Assembly: GCA_016296415.1 (NCBI GenBank)
Contig: JAEDJH010000001.1
Location: 1-61,198 of the forward strand
Origin: Clostridia bacterium
GTDB lineage: Bacteria > Bacillota > Clostridia > Christensenellales > CAG-138
DNA length: 61,198 nt
Direction: 5' to 3'
This document shows positions 47,076 to 57,427 of the stretch, in pieces. The notes beneath the pieces were generated by a model. The model saw nothing but the letters and a program-made list of their open reading frames with translations, was not told the DNA's origin and did not search any database. Made by a program: the position numbers and the translations under genes. The number at the start of each line of letters is the position of its first letter. Positions within the stretch are counted from its first letter, which is position 1.

Positions 47076-49505
47076 ATGGGAATATTCGACCGTTTTACCG
47101 AGGGTGCAAGACGCACCATGTCTTATGCGCAGGAGAGCGCAAAGCAGCTCGGCCGCAACTATGTCGGAAGCGAGGATCTGCTTATAGGGCTGCTGCGTGT
47201 ATCCGACTCGGTGGCAGCCAAGGCACTCGCTCGCTTCGGCGTTATGGAGAGCGATGCCTTTGAGCGTGCAAGCGCCATAACCAACAAGGGTGACTATCAG
47301 TTCACCGACACCTTCGGCTATAATCCGCATACAAAAAAAATACTCGAGCTCAGCCTTTATGAAGCAAAGATGATGAAAACAAGCTACATCGGCACGGAGC
47401 ATATACTCCTCGCCATCATCAGCGAGCAGGGATGCACGGCCGCAAAAATACTCATCGAGCTCGGAGTCGATCTGAATGCGCTAAGAAAGAGCATCGTCCA
47501 GAGCATAGGCGGTGATATGCCTGCATCGGTTTCATCCGCCGCACCCGAAACATCGTCCACCCCCACTCTTGACCAGTATTCAAAGGACATTACGGCGGCG
47601 GCTCGCTCGGGCGAGCTTGACCCCGTTATCGGCAGGCACGACGAAATACAGCGCATAATACAGATTTTGAGCCGCAGGAGCAAGAACAACCCCGTTCTTA
47701 TCGGTGATCCCGGCGTCGGAAAAAGCGCAATAATCGAGGGGCTTGCCCAGAGCATCGTAAATAACGAAATACCCGATCTTCTTCGAAACAAGCGTGTTGT
47801 TTCGCTCGACCTCGGACAAATGCTCGCAGGAACAAAGTTCCGCGGCGAATTTGAGGAGCGCATCAAATCTACAATCAACGAGCTTAAAGGCGGCGACACA
47901 ATACTTTTCATCGACGAGCTTCATACCATAGTCGGTGCAGGTGCCACCGAGGGCAGCGTAGATGCCTCAAACATCCTCAAACCCGCTCTTGCAAGGGGCG
48001 AGATACAGGTCGTAGGTGCCACGACGCCCGATGAATACCGAAAGTATATCGAAAAGGATGCCGCCTTGGAGCGCAGATTCCAGCCTGTTAACGTCGGCGA
48101 GCCTACGGAAGAGGAAACCTATGCGATACTGTGCGGCCTCCGTGACAGATATGAAGCGCACCACAAGGTACATATAACCGACGAGGCATTGCACGCCGCC
48201 GTCTCGTTGTCCGACAGATACATAACCGACCGCTTCCTCCCCGATAAGGCGATCGACCTTATGGACGAAGCCGCAAGCCGTGTCAGACTGTCGGGCTATG
48301 TCGCCCCTCCTGATGTAAAGGAGCTTGAAAGCAAGCTCGAGTCCCTTCTGAAGGAAAAAGAGGAAGCCGTAAACAACCAAAACTATGAGCGTGCCGCCGC
48401 TGTTAGGGATGAGGAGCAAAAGCTGAGAGGGGAAATTTCCACCATAAGAGATGCGTGGGAGCAGCACCGAAACAGCAAGGACAGCACCGTATCCGAGGAG
48501 GATATAGCGCAGGTAGTAAACGCATGGACAGGAATACCCGTTAAGCAGCTCACCGAGGACGAGAGCGAAAAGCTTCTGCGCCTTGAGGCAACGCTGCACG
48601 AGCGCGTTATCGGGCAGGATGAGGCGGTTTCCGCAGTATCAAGAGCCATCCGCAGAGCAAGGGCGGGTTTAAAGGACCCGAGACGACCGATCGGCTCGTA
48701 TCTGTTTTTAGGACCGACAGGTGTAGGAAAAACGGAGCTTTCAAAGGCTCTTGCGGAAGCAATGTTCTCCGACGAGGACGCAATGATACGGCTGGATATG
48801 TCAGAGTACATGGAGTCGCATTCCGTATCCCGCCTTATCGGCTCGCCTCCCGGATACGTCGGCTATGATGATGGCGGTCAGCTTACAAAAAGCATCAGGC
48901 GAAAACCTTACAGTGTGGTACTGCTCGATGAGATCGAGAAAGCACATCCCGATGTATTTAACATACTCCTGCAGGTACTTGAAGACGGTCGCTTGACGGA
49001 CGCACACGGCAGAACCGTTGACTTTAGAAACTGCATCATCATTATGACGTCGAATCTCGGCGCATCGAAGATAACGAGTGATAAGACAATGGGATTTGCA
49101 GCGACAGATCGCTCGGTCGTCTCCTATGAGCGCATGAAGGAAGTAATGATGTCCGAGCTGAAAAAGGCGTTTCGCCCCGAGTTTTTGAACAGGATAGACG
49201 AGATAATCATCTTCCACCCTCTGGAGGCGGAGCAAACAATGGAAATAGTAAAGCTCATGCTCAGGGACGTAACGGACCGCCTGAGGGAACGCAATATAGA
49301 GCTTATTGTCACGCACGAAGCGGCTGTTCATCTTGCGAGCGACGGTTTCGACCCGCAGTTCGGCGCAAGACCGCTGAGACGTGCCATACAAAACCAGCTT
49401 GAGGATAACCTGAGCGAGGTAATACTATCGGGTGAAATTCGCTTCGGCGATAAGGTTGAGGCATACGCCGAGGACGGACAGCTAAAATTCAGAAAGGTAG
49501 AGTGA
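47076..49505 (+). CDS. clpC: ATP-dependent Clp protease ATPase subunit ClpC
   Basis: Double Clp-N repeat. Two AAA+ modules ([25 protein letters not shown]). UVR linker ([18 protein letters not shown]). Confidence 0.95.
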   Translation: MGIFDRFTEGARRTMSYAQESAKQLGRNYVGSEDLLIGLLRVSDSVAAKALARFGVMESDAFERASAITNKGDYQFTDTFGYNPHTKKILELSLYEAKMMKTSYIGTEHILLAIISEQGCTAAKILIELGVDLNALRKSIVQSIGGDMPASVSSAAPETSSTPTLDQYSKDITAAARSGELDPVIGRHDEIQRIIQILSRRSKNNPVLIGDPGVGKSAIIEGLAQSIVNNEIPDLLRNKRVVSLDLGQMLAGTKFRGEFEERIKSTINELKGGDTILFIDELHTIVGAGATEGSVDASNILKPALARGEIQVVGATTPDEYRKYIEKDAALERRFQPVNVGEPTEEETYAILCGLRDRYEAHHKVHITDEALHAAVSLSDRYITDRFLPDKAIDLMDEAASRVRLSGYVAPPDVKELESKLESLLKEKEEAVNNQNYERAAAVRDEEQKLRGEISTIRDAWEQHRNSKDSTVSEEDIAQVVNAWTGIPVKQLTEDESEKLLRLEATLHERVIGQDEAVSAVSRAIRRARAGLKDPRRPIGSYLFLGPTGVGKTELSKALAEAMFSDEDAMIRLDMSEYMESHSVSRLIGSPPGYVGYDDGGQLTKSIRRKPYSVVLLDEIEKAHPDVFNILLQVLEDGRLTDAHGRTVDFRNCIIIMTSNLGASKITSDKTMGFAATDRSVVSYERMKEVMMSELKKAFRPEFLNRIDEIIIFHPLEAEQTMEIVKLMLRDVTDRLRERNIELIVTHEAAVHLASDGFDPQFGARPLRRAIQNQLEDNLSEVILSGEIRFGDKVEAYAEDGQLKFRKVE

Positions 49506-49512
49506 GTGCGAC

Positions 49513-51126
49513 ATGGTAAAGGGATTTTCTTTCGGGATTCGTTTTGACATGGTCTACACGGACAGCAGCGACGATGCGGCGAGGTTTATTTTCGAGGAGA
49601 TTTTCTCCGTCCTCACCACATCGGATCTGAGGGGCATCGAGATATACGGCGGAATGGCAAACGAGTCAGACCCCGCCGAAAACGGCATCTATACCGTGTT
49701 TATGTCCGGCGGCTCTCTTAAGGAAATGCGTAGGATTTTCAAAAAGTTGAAGTCCGACGAGGGAATAAAGATGTACCTCGCTTCATCCTCCCCGTTCATC
49801 GAAAAGAACAACATGAACAATCTCTCCGAGTTTGACTTTTTCGGCGAGGTGAAATGGGACGGCACTTTAAAGGGCGGCAATAAGGAAATTTTCGGTCTTA
49901 TGGTTCCGAAAAAGCACGGTAAGCGGCGTCCTGTCGGCAAAAACATCAAAATGGTACTTGCTCCCGACTCGTTCAAGGGCAGCATCGGCTCCAGCGAGGC
50001 AATAAAGCGCCTTACTTTGGCGGCAAGGCGTCATTTTCCGGGCGTACGCATTGTTCCCGTACCCATTGCCGATGGCGGCGAGGGTACTGTAGAGGCGCTC
50101 GTAACGGCTGCAAACGGCAGCTATCGCTTCTGTGACGCCACCTCCCCCATGGGCAGGCGCATAAAGGCCCGCTATGGCGTTTTATACGGAAAAACCGCAA
50201 TTATAGAGATGGCCGCCGCATCCGGAATGAACATCGACCCGACCGACGGTTTTGACCTTACCCGTGCATCGAGCTTCGGCACGGGCGAGCTGATTCGACG
50301 TGCGCTGGACGAGGGCATTCGCGATATAATTATCGGTATCGGCGGAAGCGCCACGAATGACTGCGGCATCGGCTGCGCCCGCGCTCTCGGTTTCAAGCTT
50401 TACGACAAAGACGACAACGAGCTTACGGGAACAGGTTCGGATATGATAAATGTTCGCAGAATCGACTCTGAGTTTATGCATCCGAGAATAAAGGACACAA
50501 GGTTCACCGTGATGTGTGACGTAACAAATCCTTTGCTTGGAGAAAGCGGTGCAACCATGACCTACGGTCCGCAAAAGGGCGGAACTCCGGAACAGCTTAA
50601 CGAGCTGGAGCTTGGTATGCAGAATATGTGCAATATTTTGTCCGACTACGCCTCTGCCGACGTGAACGGACAGCGGGGCGCCGGAGCCGCAGGCGGCATG
50701 GGTGCAATGCTGTTTTCTCTGCTCGGTGCCGAATTAAAACCCGGCATTGATGCGCTTTTGCAGGCGGTCGATTTTCACAAGCTGTTAAAAGGAGCGGCGC
50801 TGGTCGTTACCGGCGAAGGTCGCCTCGACAGCCAGACCACAAGGAATGGAAAGGCCGTCGCAGGAATACTCAAAGCCTGCTGCGGCAAGGGCATCCCTGT
50901 GGCAATAATTACCGGAAGTCTGGGCGAAAATGCCGAAGAGATATACGATATCGGAAACGCAGGTATAATGACGCTTATCAACGCCCCCATGACCGGCGAC
51001 GAAGCCATTCAAGATGCCGTTAGGCTTTTTGACGATGCCGCTGACAGAATGTTTCGTCTCATTCGCATGGGACGGGACGTTGAAAAGATCGGCGCTCCCA
51101 AACTGCCCGGACAGCGATGGCGGTAG
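49513..51126 (+). CDS. glxK: Glycerate kinase (GlxK/GarK family) with an in-frame N-terminal extension of about 146 aa
   Basis: The core starts at MVLAPDSFKGSIGS (aa 147, ATG 49951) and contains PIADGGEGT, IGIGGSATNDCG, DVTNPLLG and VTGEGRLDSQT. The N-terminal region has no motif I recognise. There is no SD before 49951. Confidence 0.8.
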   Translation: MVKGFSFGIRFDMVYTDSSDDAARFIFEEIFSVLTTSDLRGIEIYGGMANESDPAENGIYTVFMSGGSLKEMRRIFKKLKSDEGIKMYLASSSPFIEKNNMNNLSEFDFFGEVKWDGTLKGGNKEIFGLMVPKKHGKRRPVGKNIKMVLAPDSFKGSIGSSEAIKRLTLAARRHFPGVRIVPVPIADGGEGTVEALVTAANGSYRFCDATSPMGRRIKARYGVLYGKTAIIEMAAASGMNIDPTDGFDLTRASSFGTGELIRRALDEGIRDIIIGIGGSATNDCGIGCARALGFKLYDKDDNELTGTGSDMINVRRIDSEFMHPRIKDTRFTVMCDVTNPLLGESGATMTYGPQKGGTPEQLNELELGMQNMCNILSDYASADVNGQRGAGAAGGMGAMLFSLLGAELKPGIDALLQAVDFHKLLKGAALVVTGEGRLDSQTTRNGKAVAGILKACCGKGIPVAIITGSLGENAEEIYDIGNAGIMTLINAPMTGDEAIQDAVRLFDDAADRMFRLIRMGRDVEKIGAPKLPGQRWR

Positions 51127-51138
51127 GCAGCAAACGCA

Positions 51139-51180
51139 AAAGCCGCTGGCAACGAAGCTCTGCGGCTTTGTTATTATTTG
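51139..51180. terminator. Bidirectional terminator between convergent genes
   Basis: AAAGCCGC-(15 nt)-GCGGCTTT followed by GTTATTATTT. The minus strand reading ends in TTTTGCGTTTGC. Confidence 0.65.
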
Positions 51181-51183
51181 GTG

Positions 51184-52077
51184 TTACTGTGTTATCTCCA
51201 CATCAGTGCCATCACAGAACAACCTTATACTTCCGTCGCAGGTGACAAAAAACTCAATTTGGAGCGTTTCAAGTGCCTGCACAAGCTTTTCCTCAACCGT
51301 CGCATCATTGTACTTGGTTTCGATTTCACGACTATTCGCCGTTATCACAGCATAGGTGGGGTCAATGACGGACAGCAGCTCTGTCAGCACCTTGTAATAA
51401 TCGCCGTGGTGCGGAAGCTTTACAAGCGCATAGTCGAAAGCGGCTTCGCCATCCGCATCTGTTGTCAGCCTGTCATAATACTCCTGCGTTCTCGCCTTCA
51501 GTGCATCTCCCATGAACACAAATTTTTGACTCCCGTAACTCAGGGTCGTAATGAGTGAGTAATTATTTTCATCCTTATATGTGGGCTCGGAGGGAACATT
51601 TATCCAAAATTCACCCTCCCCTGCCTCAAAAAACATATCCTCATTGGGACGAATAAGCTCCGTTCCCTTCCTGCTTACCGCTTTCATAAGCAGGGCATAA
51701 GGGTCGGAGGTATCCGAAAAATCGGGCGCAATGATCCTCTCGACGGCAAAGTTGTTCAAAATTTCGACCGCACTTCCTATATGATCCTTATCATAATGAG
51801 TGAGTATGAGATGGTCAATTTTTGTGATACCGTACGCACGGAGGCGCTCCGATATATACGCCCCGTCATCCACATCCGCCGTATCTATCACAATGACCTC
51901 ATCGTCGATGCAGATGATGATGCAGTCGGACTTTCCTGTGCTGAGTATCTCTATTTTCAGACCATCATTTTCATATACCATTGGCTCCGGTAGGGTCTTT
52001 TTACACGAACACAGCAAAAGAACCGCTGCACACATCAGCATAAAGGCAATTATTCTTCTCACACCCACGCAACGCAT
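51184..52077 (-). CDS. Lipoprotein with an MBL-fold domain (ComEC C-terminal-domain-like)
   Basis: Signal peptide with lipobox LLCSC. DHLILTHYDKDHIG metallo-beta-lactamase motif and ..KLPHHGD.. . The start shares 1 nt with the MFS gene stop (TGATG). Confidence 0.7.
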   Translation of the reverse strand: MRCVGVRRIIAFMLMCAAVLLLCSCKKTLPEPMVYENDGLKIEILSTGKSDCIIICIDDEVIVIDTADVDDGAYISERLRAYGITKIDHLILTHYDKDHIGSAVEILNNFAVERIIAPDFSDTSDPYALLMKAVSRKGTELIRPNEDMFFEAGEGEFWINVPSEPTYKDENNYSLITTLSYGSQKFVFMGDALKARTQEYYDRLTTDADGEAAFDYALVKLPHHGDYYKVLTELLSVIDPTYAVITANSREIETKYNDATVEEKLVQALETLQIEFFVTCDGSIRLFCDGTDVEITQ

Positions 52078-53372
52078 CAGGCGCTTACTTCCGTTTCTTC
52101 CGCTTCAGGTACATCCTTGTCATTCGGCACGGTGAGCATCAGTGCTCCGCCCGCTATAAACAGAACAAGCACGGGTATGATTGCATAATGCACGTCATCG
52201 GTGAACATTCTGACGATCGCCATCAGTGCAGTTCCGAGTACGGATTCAAATCTTCCAAAGATATTGTAGAATCCGAAGAACTCCCCGGCACGCTTTTTAT
52301 CGGGTATGAGTTTGCCGAAGAACGATCTTGAGAGCGCCTGTATGCCGCCCTGCGCCGTTCCGACGAGCCCCGCAAGCACGAGGAAGTGCCAGCTTTCTGT
52401 CATAAACAGCCCAACGATGCTGACGAGAACGTATGTGCATATTCCTACCATTATCATGGTTTTATTCGAGAATTTCCTGCTCAAATGGTTGTAGGCGATC
52501 GAACACGGGCAGGCAACGATCTGCGTTATGAACAGACCTCCGAGTATGTACAGTATGTCAAAATCGAGCGAGGTAGCAAGCTTTGACGCCGACATGATTA
52601 TCGCTCCTACGCCGTTTATGTAGCAAAAGTATGCAATAAAGAACTTGAACAGGTTCTTTTCTTCCATCATCAGCTTTGCACTCTTTACTATTCTCGCAAA
52701 GCTTTTCCTGATTATGTTACGCTCCGGCTCAATATAGGAGACCTGACGCACATGCTTGAAAAACGGTATCGTAAACACCGCCCACCAAATTGCGGTGATT
52801 CCACAGGCAAGTCGCATCGCTAAAAGTGCGCTTATGGGAATTACGCCTAACCAGTATTCGCTTAAAACAAGCAGAGCAATGCTTGCAATAAACGGTATCG
52901 TGCTTCCGCCGATATAGCCCATGGCATAGCCCCAGGAGGAAACCCTGTCCATTCTGTCACGGGAGGTAACGTCAACCAAAAACGCATCGTAGAACACGTT
53001 TGCGCCGGCAAAGCAAAGATTTGTTATCGCATAAAGCAGTACAAGCATAACGAACGTATTTGTCACGGAAATAAGGCCCGTCGATAAAATTGCAACGGCA
53101 AAGAATCCGGCGAACATCCGCATTCTCTTGCCCTTGTAATCGGCCGCCGCACCGAGTATCGGTGCAAATATCGCAACAACAAGCGCAGACAGCGCCCCCG
53201 CCCACAGCCAAATGGCATCGCTCGCACTGTCAGCGATACCCTCGGCACGGGCAATTTCCGTTGCATAAATCGAAAGCACCGAGGCCGCAAGAATGGAAAA
53301 AGCCGAATTTGCCCAGTCGTACATTATCCAGCTCCACTCACTCTTTGTAAATCTCTTCTGTTTCTCCATCAT
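52077..53372 (-). CDS. MFS transporter, UMF1/Atg22-like family
   Basis: MMEKQKRFTKSEWSWIMYDWANSAFSI is the typical UMF1 N-terminus. About 12 TM segments. Start at ATG 53372 or 53369, downstream of AGGGGG. Confidence 0.78.
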   Translation of the reverse strand: MMEKQKRFTKSEWSWIMYDWANSAFSILAASVLSIYATEIARAEGIADSASDAIWLWAGALSALVVAIFAPILGAAADYKGKRMRMFAGFFAVAILSTGLISVTNTFVMLVLLYAITNLCFAGANVFYDAFLVDVTSRDRMDRVSSWGYAMGYIGGSTIPFIASIALLVLSEYWLGVIPISALLAMRLACGITAIWWAVFTIPFFKHVRQVSYIEPERNIIRKSFARIVKSAKLMMEEKNLFKFFIAYFCYINGVGAIIMSASKLATSLDFDILYILGGLFITQIVACPCSIAYNHLSRKFSNKTMIMVGICTYVLVSIVGLFMTESWHFLVLAGLVGTAQGGIQALSRSFFGKLIPDKKRAGEFFGFYNIFGRFESVLGTALMAIVRMFTDDVHYAIIPVLVLFIAGGALMLTVPNDKDVPEAEETEVSA

Positions 53373-53583
53373 ATCCCCCTGTCGGTTTATGTAACCGAAA
53401 ACATTTTTACCTATATATAATATCATTTCACGCTCTTTACTGCAAGGTATTTATTTTACCGTGGTTCTGCAAGGTTTACCGTTTTTATATGTGCCAAAAG
53501 GCGTAAATTCGCTCATCCTGCTCTTCCCGTGTCGAGAACCGCAGCATATAGATCGGCCGCTCTGTACAGCGCAGCCGTCAAGC

Positions 53584-54030
53584 TCACAGACTGAATCTAT
53601 AGATGCACTTATGCGTTTCGCCATTGTATATTCTCATATCACTGTCTTGAGGCAATTCGGCTGTTTCAATCAACTCGCCCTGAAGGCATTCGCAGGTCTT
53701 CCTCGAAGGAATATTTTCGGGATTGCAGGTGATATACAAATATGTCATCCCATGCCTTTTAGCCAGTGAAAACAGAAGCCTGCACGCCTTTGCCGCATAA
53801 TGATGACCCCTGTATTCCTACTTTACTCGGTATCCGATATGCCCTGCGTAATACAGCCCGTCATTATATCCGATTCTAAGATCGCATCTCCCCATTAAAT
53901 TTCCTTGCAAATCGCAAATAGAGAAACAATATGCCGGAACCCGGTTCCTATTCATATTACCTATACTCACCCGGTCCAAAACCAGTTTGATTTCTTCGTT
54001 AGCCAAATAATCCGTGTCAAAAAATTGCAT
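53584..54030 (-). pseudogene. GNAT-family N-acetyltransferase interrupted by one in-frame TAG (codon 71, 53818-53820)
   Basis: The 70-aa ORF ends ..YYAGHIGYRVK-TAG. The same frame continues EYRGHHYAAKACRLLFSLAKRHGMTYLYITCNPENIPSRKTCECLQGE..IYRFSL-TGA (53584). The stop sits inside the acetyl-CoA-binding motif A region. Total length is 148 codons, a typical GNAT size. Confidence 0.75.
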
Positions 54031-54068
54031 CGTTAGTGAATACCTCCGTTAAGATGTAAAAGATCTTG

Positions 54069-55181
54069 TCATCCGATTGCCAGTGCAAAAGCCAGCAGTA
54101 CAGCAAGGGCTATAACGTTTGCCGCCGTAAAGAACCCGATAAAACGCACGGTCCTTGCCCCAGGTCGGCGCATGTAGAATTTTAAGGTGATCAAGCTGGC
54201 AAGAGATGCAATGGGGGTTCCGAGACCGCCGATGTTCACGCCCGAAAGCAGCTGCTGCCATTGATCCGTAAAGCCGGACAGAATAACGGCCGCCGGAACG
54301 TTGCTTATCACCTGACTGGTTGCAGCGGCGGTAATAAGCGTGTTCGACTGCAAAAGCCGCTGCAGAAAATCACGGATTGCATCCACTCGCCCTAAATTTT
54401 CAGATACGATGAAAAAGCAAACAAAGGTGAGCAGCAGCATATAGTCTATTTCCTTTAGCAGCTTCCGGTTTGCAATCAGCAATACGGCCACGGTGATTGC
54501 GGTTGTCAGAAGATACGGAACGATCCTGAAGACGGTAAGCAGGCACAGTATAAAAAGTGCCGCATAAACGAGCAGTTGTTTGGAGCTTTGTACGTCTGCG
54601 CTTTCCATCGGCTGATCCGGCAGCTTGTGCGGCAAAAGAAATACTGAGCCCACAGACAATGCAATCAGGCTCACAGCCGTAAGCGGAAGCGTGACCGAGA
54701 AAAAATCGCCGATGTTCACGTTATAGTACGCAAATAAATACAGATTTTGCGGATTACCCACCGGTGTGGCCATACTGCCCAGATTGGCGGCGATTGTCTG
54801 AAAAACGGTTACGGGTATGATGCTTCTGCCGCAGCCAAGCTGGTCAAGGAGCATCAAAGTAAAAGGGATAAAGATTATAAGCGCCACATCGTTGGTTATG
54901 AACATGGAGCTGAAAAACGGAAGCAGTACCAGCGTAACACCCAATATGCGTCCGCTCCGGATATGTTGAAGCAGCCGATAAGCAAGCCAATGAAATGTGC
55001 CGATGGCTTTTAGACCGGCAACGACCGCCATAAGACAGAACAGCAGACACAGCACACGAAAATCGACGTAATGCAAATACTCTCCGTCAGGCGGAACGAT
55101 GAACACAGTTATAATTGCGCATACCGCCGCAGTACAAAGGACGGTTTCATTTGCGACGAATGTTTTTATCTTTTTCAGCAT
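54069..55181 (-). CDS. ArsB/NhaD-superfamily permease (citrate-transporter-like / SLC13-like)
   Basis: 370 aa from ATG 55181 (GGAGG 8 nt upstream). 10 or more TM segments. LLPFFSSMFITNDVALIIFIPF and NIGGLGTPIASLASL are the two-fold repeat hairpin motifs typical of this superfamily. Confidence 0.7.
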   Translation of the reverse strand: MLKKIKTFVANETVLCTAAVCAIITVFIVPPDGEYLHYVDFRVLCLLFCLMAVVAGLKAIGTFHWLAYRLLQHIRSGRILGVTLVLLPFFSSMFITNDVALIIFIPFTLMLLDQLGCGRSIIPVTVFQTIAANLGSMATPVGNPQNLYLFAYYNVNIGDFFSVTLPLTAVSLIALSVGSVFLLPHKLPDQPMESADVQSSKQLLVYAALFILCLLTVFRIVPYLLTTAITVAVLLIANRKLLKEIDYMLLLTFVCFFIVSENLGRVDAIRDFLQRLLQSNTLITAAATSQVISNVPAAVILSGFTDQWQQLLSGVNIGGLGTPIASLASLITLKFYMRRPGARTVRFIGFFTAANVIALAVLLAFALAIG

Positions 55182-55277
55182 GACAATGCCTCCTGTGCAA
55201 AAGATTACTCCCACTACATATTAAACCGATAACCGCAGCAGCGGATACATTGCGAAATTTAGCGGCATTTTCCAACG

Positions 55278-55988
55278 CTAAATATGTATATACCAATTGC
55301 TCACATCCTTTTTCTTTAGGTATAGCCGAAGCGGCAGTCTGTTATAGCTTTTTAATGCACCCGTCGGGCAGTTGGTTACGCATTTCAGGCAGCGTATGCA
55401 GTTGGCGTTTGCTTTACCGTTTTTAATTCCGCCAAATAAACACTCCCGCTCGCATTTACCGCAGTTTATGCACTTAGACCTATCTGTAGTGATTTTCACG
55501 CACATTCGACTGCGAAAGCCCTTTCCAATGTTCGCAAACGGATTTTTGTATGTCTTTTTGATTACTATGGATCCGGGATTTTGGCTTAACGTTTTTTGCA
55601 CCACACAAAGCAGCGGATCAAAATTACTTACCGCTTCTTCTTTCAAGTAAGAATGTTTCGTCGGTACGTATGCTGCGGCAATAATTTCTCCGGCCGTGTA
55701 GCACTGCTGTATCTCGTACAGTACGCGCCCGTGACACATTTTTCCGTAGGTTGCAACTACCGTTAGGTAGCGGGCATTTAGTCTTTTCAAAAAAGCTTTT
55801 ATCACTTCAGGCACATTTTGACAATAAACGGGAAAAACAAGTACCGCTCGCTCGAATACAGTGTAAACGGATCTTTGAGCCTGCTCGGGCTGATTTAAAT
55901 CGTAAACATCCCAGCCCGTTTCTTTTACAAAGTATTCCGCCACAGCTTTGCTTTGATTGGTATTCGAGTAATAAATTATACCGTTCAT
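55278..55988 (-). CDS. Flavodoxin-like domain fused to a 2x[4Fe-4S] ferredoxin (EFR1-type)
   Basis: 236 aa from ATG 55988 (ATGA overlap with the upstream gene). N-terminal MNGIIYYSNTNQSKAVAEYF flavodoxin-like strand-loop. CINCGKCERECL and CIRCLKCVTNCP. Confidence 0.7.
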   Translation of the reverse strand: MNGIIYYSNTNQSKAVAEYFVKETGWDVYDLNQPEQAQRSVYTVFERAVLVFPVYCQNVPEVIKAFLKRLNARYLTVVATYGKMCHGRVLYEIQQCYTAGEIIAAAYVPTKHSYLKEEAVSNFDPLLCVVQKTLSQNPGSIVIKKTYKNPFANIGKGFRSRMCVKITTDRSKCINCGKCERECLFGGIKNGKANANCIRCLKCVTNCPTGALKSYNRLPLRLYLKKKDVSNWYIHI

Positions 55989-57376
55989 TTTTGAAAATAC
56001 TCTCGCATAACGGCGCATTCGGGGACTTCCTCCAATGAAAACCCCAATTCATTTTCCAATTCCTCCAGCGCAGACTCTCTGGACAAATTTTGATCACGGC
56101 TTGCTAAAGCAATTTCCAATGCGCTGAACGGTATCATATCGCTTTGCATGTCGTAAAATCGCTTGAACTGTGTGTTTTCCTTGCATTTCTCAATTTTACA
56201 GCTTGTATGCAGACCCTTTCCGCTCCCTTCCGGTGCCACCCAGCCACATTCACGCTCAATCAAGTCCTTAACTGCTCTCCAGTCATATCGTCCGCCACAA
56301 ATTTCATTCAGATCGACCTGCACAAAGGCTGGAATACGTCCTGTGCGGGAGGATGAGCGTATGGACTTTTTAAGCAAGGTGACCATATCCGGCACCTCAT
56401 GTATGGCCGTTGTCACGTTTGAAATCAATTCATTGCGATAATCAGATACTTTTAACAGAGAAACGCTGCCGTATGCAAGCTGCTTCATCGTGATCAGGGT
56501 ATGGAACTGCCCACTTTTGAGCGGCGGATGCAGAGTTAAAACCCTGCCGACATTTATTACGAGGTTTAAAAACCTGTTCTTTGAAAAAGAATATGCAATC
56601 GGCGGAGCCATACGGTTATAGTATAGTCCCAGCAGCTGCACAGGCTCGTTTCCGGCAATAAAATACGGTACTTTGTTAGCCACCAGCTCGGGATAAAACA
56701 AAACGTAGGCAAGCGACGGACACGCACAAGTATTTCCGCTAAGCTCATACAGCTTTTTATAAATAGTACGCAAATCATCGTTGGAAATTTTGCGTGTTAT
56801 AAACTCCACCGAATCCAGCGTGCGCTTTGCTCCGTCTATGCTCCTTTTTGCGCTCTCTGACATATATGGGATCTCCCACGTCAACGCCAAAACACGCAGA
56901 TTGCACTTTTTTGCTAAGTAGTATAGAAGATAAGTTGAGTCCTTCCCGCCGGTATAAAACACAGCAACATCAAATCGGGATTTTTTTGAACGGGGAAATT
57001 CGTTCATAATGGGCACTATGCTTTTATAGTTCTTTGTTTCGTGCCGGGTTTGGCACATGGGACATCTTCCGTTTTCATCAAATTCAAGGCCCGGTATAAT
57101 AAAATCATTCGCAATGCAGTCGGTGCAGAATTTAGCTTCAGAAAGCTTTTTGGGTATGGTGCGCTTTTGGTCGGCAGGCACAATCTGAATACCCAAAAAC
57201 GGCTTAACAGCCTCCATTTCCGCATCGGATAAAACCGCCGGCAGGCGAGCAACAATCGACCTTTGCAGATCGTTGAGATGATATTTGTTTTTGAAAATAT
57301 TGGGCTTGCTTCTCATGCCGTAGTATTTCAGACAATGATCTTCTATTTTCCATCTGCTCTGCAAATCATAAGTCAT
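55985..57376 (-). CDS. PP-loop ATP-pyrophosphatase protein resembling N-acetyl-sugar amidotransferases (PseA/WbuX type), with extra N-terminal region
   Basis: Zinc-ribbon CTDCIANDFIIPGLEFDENGRCPMC followed by the PP-loop VAVFYTGGKDSTYLLYYL. 463 aa from ATG 57376 (GGAGG 9 nt upstream). The first ~85 aa are unassigned. Confidence 0.6.
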   Translation of the reverse strand: MTYDLQSRWKIEDHCLKYYGMRSKPNIFKNKYHLNDLQRSIVARLPAVLSDAEMEAVKPFLGIQIVPADQKRTIPKKLSEAKFCTDCIANDFIIPGLEFDENGRCPMCQTRHETKNYKSIVPIMNEFPRSKKSRFDVAVFYTGGKDSTYLLYYLAKKCNLRVLALTWEIPYMSESAKRSIDGAKRTLDSVEFITRKISNDDLRTIYKKLYELSGNTCACPSLAYVLFYPELVANKVPYFIAGNEPVQLLGLYYNRMAPPIAYSFSKNRFLNLVINVGRVLTLHPPLKSGQFHTLITMKQLAYGSVSLLKVSDYRNELISNVTTAIHEVPDMVTLLKKSIRSSSRTGRIPAFVQVDLNEICGGRYDWRAVKDLIERECGWVAPEGSGKGLHTSCKIEKCKENTQFKRFYDMQSDMIPFSALEIALASRDQNLSRESALEELENELGFSLEEVPECAVMREYFQK

Positions 57377-57427
57377 CGCAGCTTGCCTCCGTTTCATAGC
57401 ACAGCGAATCGGTCGCCCTTTTGTTTA

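Noticed and set aside
49951-51126. Calling glycerate kinase from the internal ATG 49951 only, with a separate upstream gene.
   Set aside because: There is no stop codon between 49513 and 49951 and no SD before 49951, so a single fused ORF is the conservative reading. It is kept as a finding because the alternative cannot be excluded.
53461-53769. Plus-strand 102-aa ORF.
   Set aside because: It is antisense to the C-terminal half of the interrupted GNAT gene, whose minus-strand translation has clear family similarity.
53818-53820. In-frame TAG in the GNAT gene as programmed recoding (pyrrolysine or a reassigned amber codon).
   Set aside because: TAG is used as an ordinary stop in this window (mntP at 9336-9338, the Xer-like gene at 10022-10024, the EFR1-type gene at 55278-55280). 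No pyl genes or PYLIS-like context are visible. A nonsense mutation or a sequencing error is the simpler explanation.
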